Below, in pieces: positions 58,706 through 64,000 of a stretch of DNA of 64,000 bases. The stretch is from positions 248,001-312,000 of the forward strand of contig NIVC01000359.1 in assembly GCA_002269645.1 (NCBI GenBank), written 5' to 3'. Below the pieces are notes generated by a model that did not search any database, was not told where the DNA came from, and saw nothing but the letters and a program-made list of their open reading frames with translations. Each line of letters begins with the position of its first letter. The first letter of the stretch is position 1. Position numbers and translations under genes: made by a program. This DNA is from Macrostomum lignano (Eukaryota).

Positions 58706-60806
58706 TGTCAGTCTGGCCGTGTCAGTCTGGCTGTGTCAATCTGGCTGTATCAGTCTGGCTGTGTCAGTCTGGCTGTGTCAGTCTGGCTATGTCAGTCAGG
58801 CCGTGTCAGTCTGGCTTGTGTCAATCTGGCTGTGTCAGTCTGGCTGTGTCAGTCTGGCTGTGTCAGTCTGGTTGTGTCAGTCTGGCTGTGTCAGTCTGGT
58901 TGTGTCAGTCTGGCTGTGTCAGTCTGGCTGTGTCAGTGGAGCTGTGTCAGTCTGGCTGTGTCAGTGGAGCTGTGTCAGTCTGGCTGTGTCAGTGGAGCTG
59001 TGTTAGTCTGGCTGTGTCAGTCTGGCTCTGGCTGTGTCAGTCTGGCTGTGTCAGTCTGGCTGTGTCAGTCTGGCTGTGTCAGTCTGGCTCTGGCTGTGTC
59101 AGTCTGGCTCTGGCTGTGTCAGTCTGGCTCTGGCTGTGTCAGTCTGGCTGTGTCAGTCTGGCTCTGGCTGTGTCAGTCTGGCTGTGTCAGTCTGGCTGTG
59201 TCAGTCTGGCTGTGTCAATCTGGCTGTATCAGTCTGGCTGTGTCAGTCTGGCTGTGTCAGTCTGGCTGTGTCAGTCTGGCTGTGTCAGTCTGGCTCTGGC
59301 TGTGTCAGTCTGGCTGTGTCAGTCTGGCTGTGTCAGTCTGGCTGTGTCAATCTGGCTGTATCAGTCTGGCTGTATCAGTCTGGCTGTGTCAGTCTGGCTG
59401 TGTCAGTCTGGCTGTGTCAGTCTGGCTGTGTCAGTCTGGCTGTGTCAGTCTGGCCGTGTCAGTCTGGCTGTGTCAATCTGGCTGTATCAGTCTGGCTGTG
59501 TCAGTCTGGTTGTGTCAGTCTGGCTGTGTCAGTCTGGCTGTGTCAGTGGAGCTGTGTCAGTCTGGCTGTGTCAGTGGAGCTGTGTCAGTCTGGCTGTGTC
59601 AGTGGAGCTGTGTTAGTCTGGCTGTGTCAGTCTGGCTCTGGCTGTGTCAGTCTGGCTGTGTCAGTCTGGCTGTGTCAGTCTGGCTCTGGCTGTGTCAGTC
59701 TGGCTGTGTCAGTCTGGCTCTGGCTGTGTCAGTCTGGCTGTGTCAGTCTGGCTCTGGCTGTGTCAGTCTGGCTGTGTCAGTCTGGCTCTGGCTGTGTCAG
59801 TCTGTCTGTGTCAGTCTGGCTGTGTCAGTCTGGCTGTGTCAATCTGGCTGTATCAGTCTGGCTGTGTCAGTCTGGCTGTGTCAGTCTGGCTGTGTCAGTC
59901 TGGCTCTGGCTGTGTCAGTCTGGCTGTGTCAGTCTGGCTGTGTCAGTCTGGCTGTGTCAATCTGGCTGTGTCAGTCTGGCTGTATCAGTCTGGCTGTGTC
60001 AGTCTGGCTGTGTCAGTCTGGCTCTGGCTGTGTCAGTCTGGCTGTGTCAGTCTGGCTCTGGCTGTGTCAGTCTGGCTGTGTCAGTCTGGCTGTGTCAGTC
60101 TGGCTGTGTCAGTCTGGCTGTGTCAGTCTGGCTGTGTCAGTCTGGCTGTGTCAGTCTGGCTGTGTCAGTCTGGCTGTGTCAGTCTGGCTGTGTCAGTCTG
60201 GCTGTGTCAGTCTGGCTCTGGCTGTGTCAGTCTGGCTGTGTCAGTCTGGCTGTGTCAGTCTGGCTGTGTCAGTCTGGCTGTGTCAGTCTGGCTGTCAGTC
60301 TGGCTGTGTCAGTCTGGCTGTGTCAGTCTGGCTGTGTCAGTCTGGCTGTGTCAGTCTGGCTCTGGCTGTGTTAGTCTGGCTGTGTCAGTCTGGCTCTGGC
60401 TGTGTCAGTCTGGCTGTGTCAGTCTGGCTGTGTCAGTCTGGCTGTGTCAGTCTGGCTGTGTCAGTCTGGCTGTGTCAGTCTGGCTCTGGCTGTGTCAGTC
60501 TGGCTGTGTCAGTCTGGCTGTGTCAGTCTGGCTGTGTCAGTCTGGCTGTGTCAGTCTGGCTGTGTCAGTCTGGCTGTGTCAGTCTGGCTGTGTCAGTCTG
60601 GCTGTGTCAGTCTGGCTGTGTCAGTCTGGCTGTGTCAGTCTGGCTGTGTCAGTCTGGCTGTGTCAGTCTGGCTGTGTCAGTCTGGCTGTGTCAGTCTGGC
60701 TGTGTCAGTCTGGCTGTGTCAGTCTGGCTGTGTCAGTCTGGCTGTGTCAGTCTGGCTGTGTCAGTCTGGCTGTGTCAGTGGAGCTGTGTCAGTCTAGCTG
60801 TGTCAG
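58706..60806. repeat. 14-bp satellite, about 2.1 kb, with 20-bp variants and higher-order structure
   Basis: Unit gtcagtctggctgt; variants gtcagtggagctgt, gtcaatctggctgt, gtcagtctggctctggctgt. Confidence 0.98.
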
Positions 60807-61110
60807 CTGATTAGGTGTTACTCTTTAACTGTTCGTCAGCCGTAACTCGTTAGTTCCGCTAGACCGACAGTGCACTTTCAATTTGTCGGCATGCTCAGAG
60901 TCAGGCAATGATACAAATAGGCCTCCATCTTCAGAAAATATCAGTTTTACTCTTTTTTCGTAAATAAAAAACTGCTGCAGCAAAAAAAACTTTACGAGAC
61001 TACTACCAGTAGTTGATTAGCTTTTAACTACAAAGAGTATAAAAAATTAAAGTAAATTGTCACAGCATTAGTCAGTATTCTCGCGTTTAAATATTTTTGA
61101 AATTAAAAAG

Positions 61111-62775
61111 CACACCTAATCCCCTTCTAGCACCCTGTCCCCTTCCAGCACACCTATCCCCTTCTAGCACCCTGTCCCCTTCCAGCACACCTATCCCCTT
61201 CTAGCACCCCTGTCCCTTCTAGCACCCCCTGTTCCCTTCTAGCACCCCTGTCCCTTCCAGCACACCTATCCCCTTCCAGCACACCTATCCACTTCTAGCA
61301 CACCTATCCCCTTCTAGCACACCTATCCCCTTCTAGCACACCTATCCCCTTCTAGCACACCTATCCCCTTCTAGCACACCTATCCCCTTCTAGCACACCT
61401 GTCCCCGTCTAGCACCCCTGTCCCCTTCCAGCACCCCTGTCCCCTTTCTAGCACCCCCTGTCCCTCTTCTAGCACACCTAATCCCCTTCTAGCACACCTA
61501 ATCCCCTTCTAGCACCCTGTCCCTCTTTTAGTCTAGCACACCTAATCCCCTTCTAGCACCCCCTGTCCCTCTTTTAGTCTAGCACACCTAATCCCCTTCT
61601 AGCACCCCTATCCCCTTCTAGCACTCCTGTCCCCTTCTAGCACACCTAATCCCCTTCTAGCACCCCTGTCCCCTTCTAGCACCCCTGTCCCCTTCTAGCA
61701 CCCCTGTCCCCTTCTAGCACCCCTGTCCCCTTCTAGCACCCCTGTCCCCTTCTAGCACCCCCTGTCCCTCTTCTAGCACACCTAATCCCCTTCTAGCACA
61801 CCTAATCCCCTTCTAGCACCCCTGTCCCCTTCTAGCACCCCTGTCCCCTTCTAGCACACCTATCCCCTTCTAGCACACCTATCCCCTTCTAGCACCCCTG
61901 TCCCCTTCTAGCACACCTAATCCCCTTCTAGCTCACCTGTCTCTCTTTTAGTCTATAGCACACCTATTCCCTTCTAGCACCCCCCTGTCCCTCTTCTAGC
62001 ACACCTAATCCCCTTCTAGCACCCCTGTCCCCCTTCTAGCACACCTAATCCCCTTCTAGCACACCTAATCCCCTTCTAGCACCCCTGTCCCTCTTTTAGT
62101 CTAGCACACCTAATCCCCTTCTAGCACCCCTGTCCCCTTCTAGCACCCCTGTCCCTCTTCTAGCACACCTAATCCCCTTCTAGCACACCTAATCCCCTTC
62201 TAGCACCCCCGTCCCCTTCTAGCACCCCCTGTCCCTCTTCTAGCACACCTAATCCCCTTCTAGCACACCTAATCCCCTTCTAGCACACCTAATCCCCTTC
62301 TAGCACCCCTGTCCCTCTTTTAGTCTAGCACACCTATCCCCTTCTAGCACACCTATCCCCTTCTAGCACCCCTGTCCCCTTCTAGCACACCTAATCCCCT
62401 TCTAGCACACCTAATCCCCTTCTAGCACACCTAATCCCCTTCTAGCACCCCTGTCCCTCTTTTAGTCTAGCACACCTAATCCCCTTCTAGCACCCCTGTC
62501 CCCTTCTAGCACACCTAATCCCCTTCTAGCACCCCTGTCCCTTCTAGCACACCTAATCCCCTTCTAGCACCCCTGTCCCCTTCTAGCACACCTAATCCCC
62601 TTCTAGCACCCCTGTCTCCTTCTAGCACCCCTGTCCCCTTCTAGCACCCCTGTCCCCTTCTAGCTCACCTAATCCCCTTCTAGCACCCCTGTCCCCTTCT
62701 AGCACACCTAATCCCCTTCTAGCACCCCTGTCCCCTTCTAGCACCCTGTCCCCTTCTAGCACCCCTGTCCCCTTC
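61111..62775. repeat. 19/20-bp pyrimidine-rich minisatellite, about 1.65 kb
   Basis: Interspersed units cacacctaatccccttctag and cacccctgtccccttctag, with ccctcttttagtctag variants. Confidence 0.97.
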
Positions 62776-63832
62776 AGCCTTGTCAGTTTTTTGCTCTGAC
62801 CGCCCTGTAACTTCTAATTTCTGGGCTTATTTTTGCAAGCTTTACAGCGGTGATTATTTACATTTGATTTAAAGTCTGAAATTGTGTCGCCAACTAAGCC
62901 AAAGCTAAAAAACTGTCTTGGGTCTCTCCTTTTTGCTAAAGCAGAGAGTTTTTGGAAACTTCTTATCGAGTTTTTACCTGTTTGAGAAAGAAACGATTAT
63001 CTATTGCGTAAACTAGCCAAGCATAATGGGTTTGGAAAAGAACTAGAATAAACCAGTTTGAGGCCAACGAAAAAGCAGTTGTGGGGTGAGGCGGCAGGTG
63101 GTAACTAAGCCCGTGGGCGTGCATACGAAACTGCAGTGCTGGAGGGCGGGGAGGGGGACTGACCGTTGTCCTGGCGACAGAGACGCGCTTAAACAGGCCG
63201 AGCCGAGAGTAAGGAGAAGCCCTCTGACGCTTTGCGTTTGAGGCAGATGGAGAGAGATAAGGTATAGCGATGACTCAACCTCAACCCACAAAGTTACTTG
63301 TATAAGCTGCTGCACCTGCGCGTGCTCTGCACAATACCGTACATTCAATGAATTTAGAAAAGCTCCATTATTCTCCGACTCTGCAGCGCAAGCTAAAAGA
63401 CTCAAAGGCAGCGAAAGAGGGGGGCAGCTGAAACGTGAGAGGAATGGAGAAGGGGTGAGACAGACAAGAAGAATGCAATTTTCTCTCTCTCTACCCCTGT
63501 TCTAACCCCAACCCTACCTGTCACTGCCCGCGCTGGATGGTTGCTTAGCAGCAGAAAAGGGGGTGGAATGAGGCAGAGGAAGAGCTATTGATAATTGTTT
63601 CCTGTGTACAGTCCCTGCATTTGCAATGGGCTTGCAGTGTGCATTGGCCTTACCTCACCCGACCCTCCCGCAGACCTGCGTCCCTCCAGCTGCCTCCTCG
63701 CTTTAGCAACCGTAGTGCGGCCCTGGAAACGCAGCTAAAGCGTCCTAAACCAGCCCAATGAGCTCTTAGCAACGCCGAGTGCCAACCCCAGCCGCCCAAC
63801 CGACCAGCAGCCCCGCCAGCCCCGCCCGGCGC

Positions 63833-63983
63833 TGATAAATAGGCGCACGCGGCGCGCCCCGGGCTCCTCTTTATCGCCAAAGCCAGAGTCTCGTTAGACA
63901 TCTGCTTCTACCAGCGCAACAACGTACACACCCTCTCTCTTTAACCCGCTTCTCCAAGCTCCCCAAGTCTCACCATGGTAAGT
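63833..63983 (+). promoter_or_regulatory. Probable promoter, 5' UTR and ATG-only first exon of a gene continuing beyond the window
   Basis: GC-rich island, TATA-like ataaatagg at about 63835, Kozak-like caccATG (63975-63977) followed immediately by the consensus donor gtaagt. Confidence 0.5.
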
Positions 63984-64000
63984 TTGCTTTTGCAATAACA

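Noticed and set aside
58623-60814. Long Cys/Ser/Val-rich ORFs (up to 693 aa)
   Set aside because: They are open only because the 14-bp satellite lacks stop codons on the + strand; the same peptide appears in all three frames.
10038-62775. Regular repeat arrays as CRISPR-like loci
   Set aside because: All are head-to-tail tandem units without unique spacers; there are no cas genes and the context is eukaryotic.
63043-63901. Possible decayed Pif1/Helitron helicase on the minus strand (SAPGGAGG...LGG...HSAL; LTLGSA...SPGQ)
   Set aside because: Resemblance is weak, the motifs are far too close together for Pif1, and the region is better explained as a GC-rich + strand promoter. An HMM search would settle it.

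Overview
Eukaryotic (animal) genomic DNA: AT-rich intergenic and intronic sequence, GC-rich coding exons, GT-AG introns, a Pol III tRNA gene and a very high density of minisatellites and transposon relics. A free-living flatworm such as Macrostomum is a plausible but unverified source. Supported host genes: three divergent class A 7TM receptors (8732-9790, 11183-12193, 17566-18579, + strand; the last two show a patchy near-identity suggestive of gene conversion), tRNA-Phe(GAA), a five-exon ANKUB1 ortholog (- strand, 28244-35165, all splice phases compatible, 611 aa), a three-exon M-Ras ortholog (- strand, 41634-45033) whose exon 2 appears frameshifted and lacks the NKxD box, an apparently single-coding-exon GT32 (DxD) glycosyltransferase (- strand, 56309-57439), and a probable ATG-only first exon at the right edge. 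Mobile DNA: a decayed DIRS/Ngaro-like retrotransposon split by a 2.6-kb CMC/EnSpm-type element, mariner relics, RTE-like LINE fragments, the 5' part of an APE-type LINE, tRNA-derived SINEs, two LTR+PBS candidates and several MITEs with readable TSDs. There is no CRISPR array and no prokaryotic operon; most long ORFs in the track are repeat or antisense artefacts. I did not find a clearly new biological system. The most unusual signals are intronic minisatellites whose units read as complete 3' splice signals on the transcribed strand, the lesioned M-Ras exon, the GPCR conversion tract, a 90-bp GG-ended MITE pair with 8-bp TSDs, and a hairpin-type repair footprint in an RTE. All family assignments are by eye from motifs, with no database search, and repeat boundaries are approximate.
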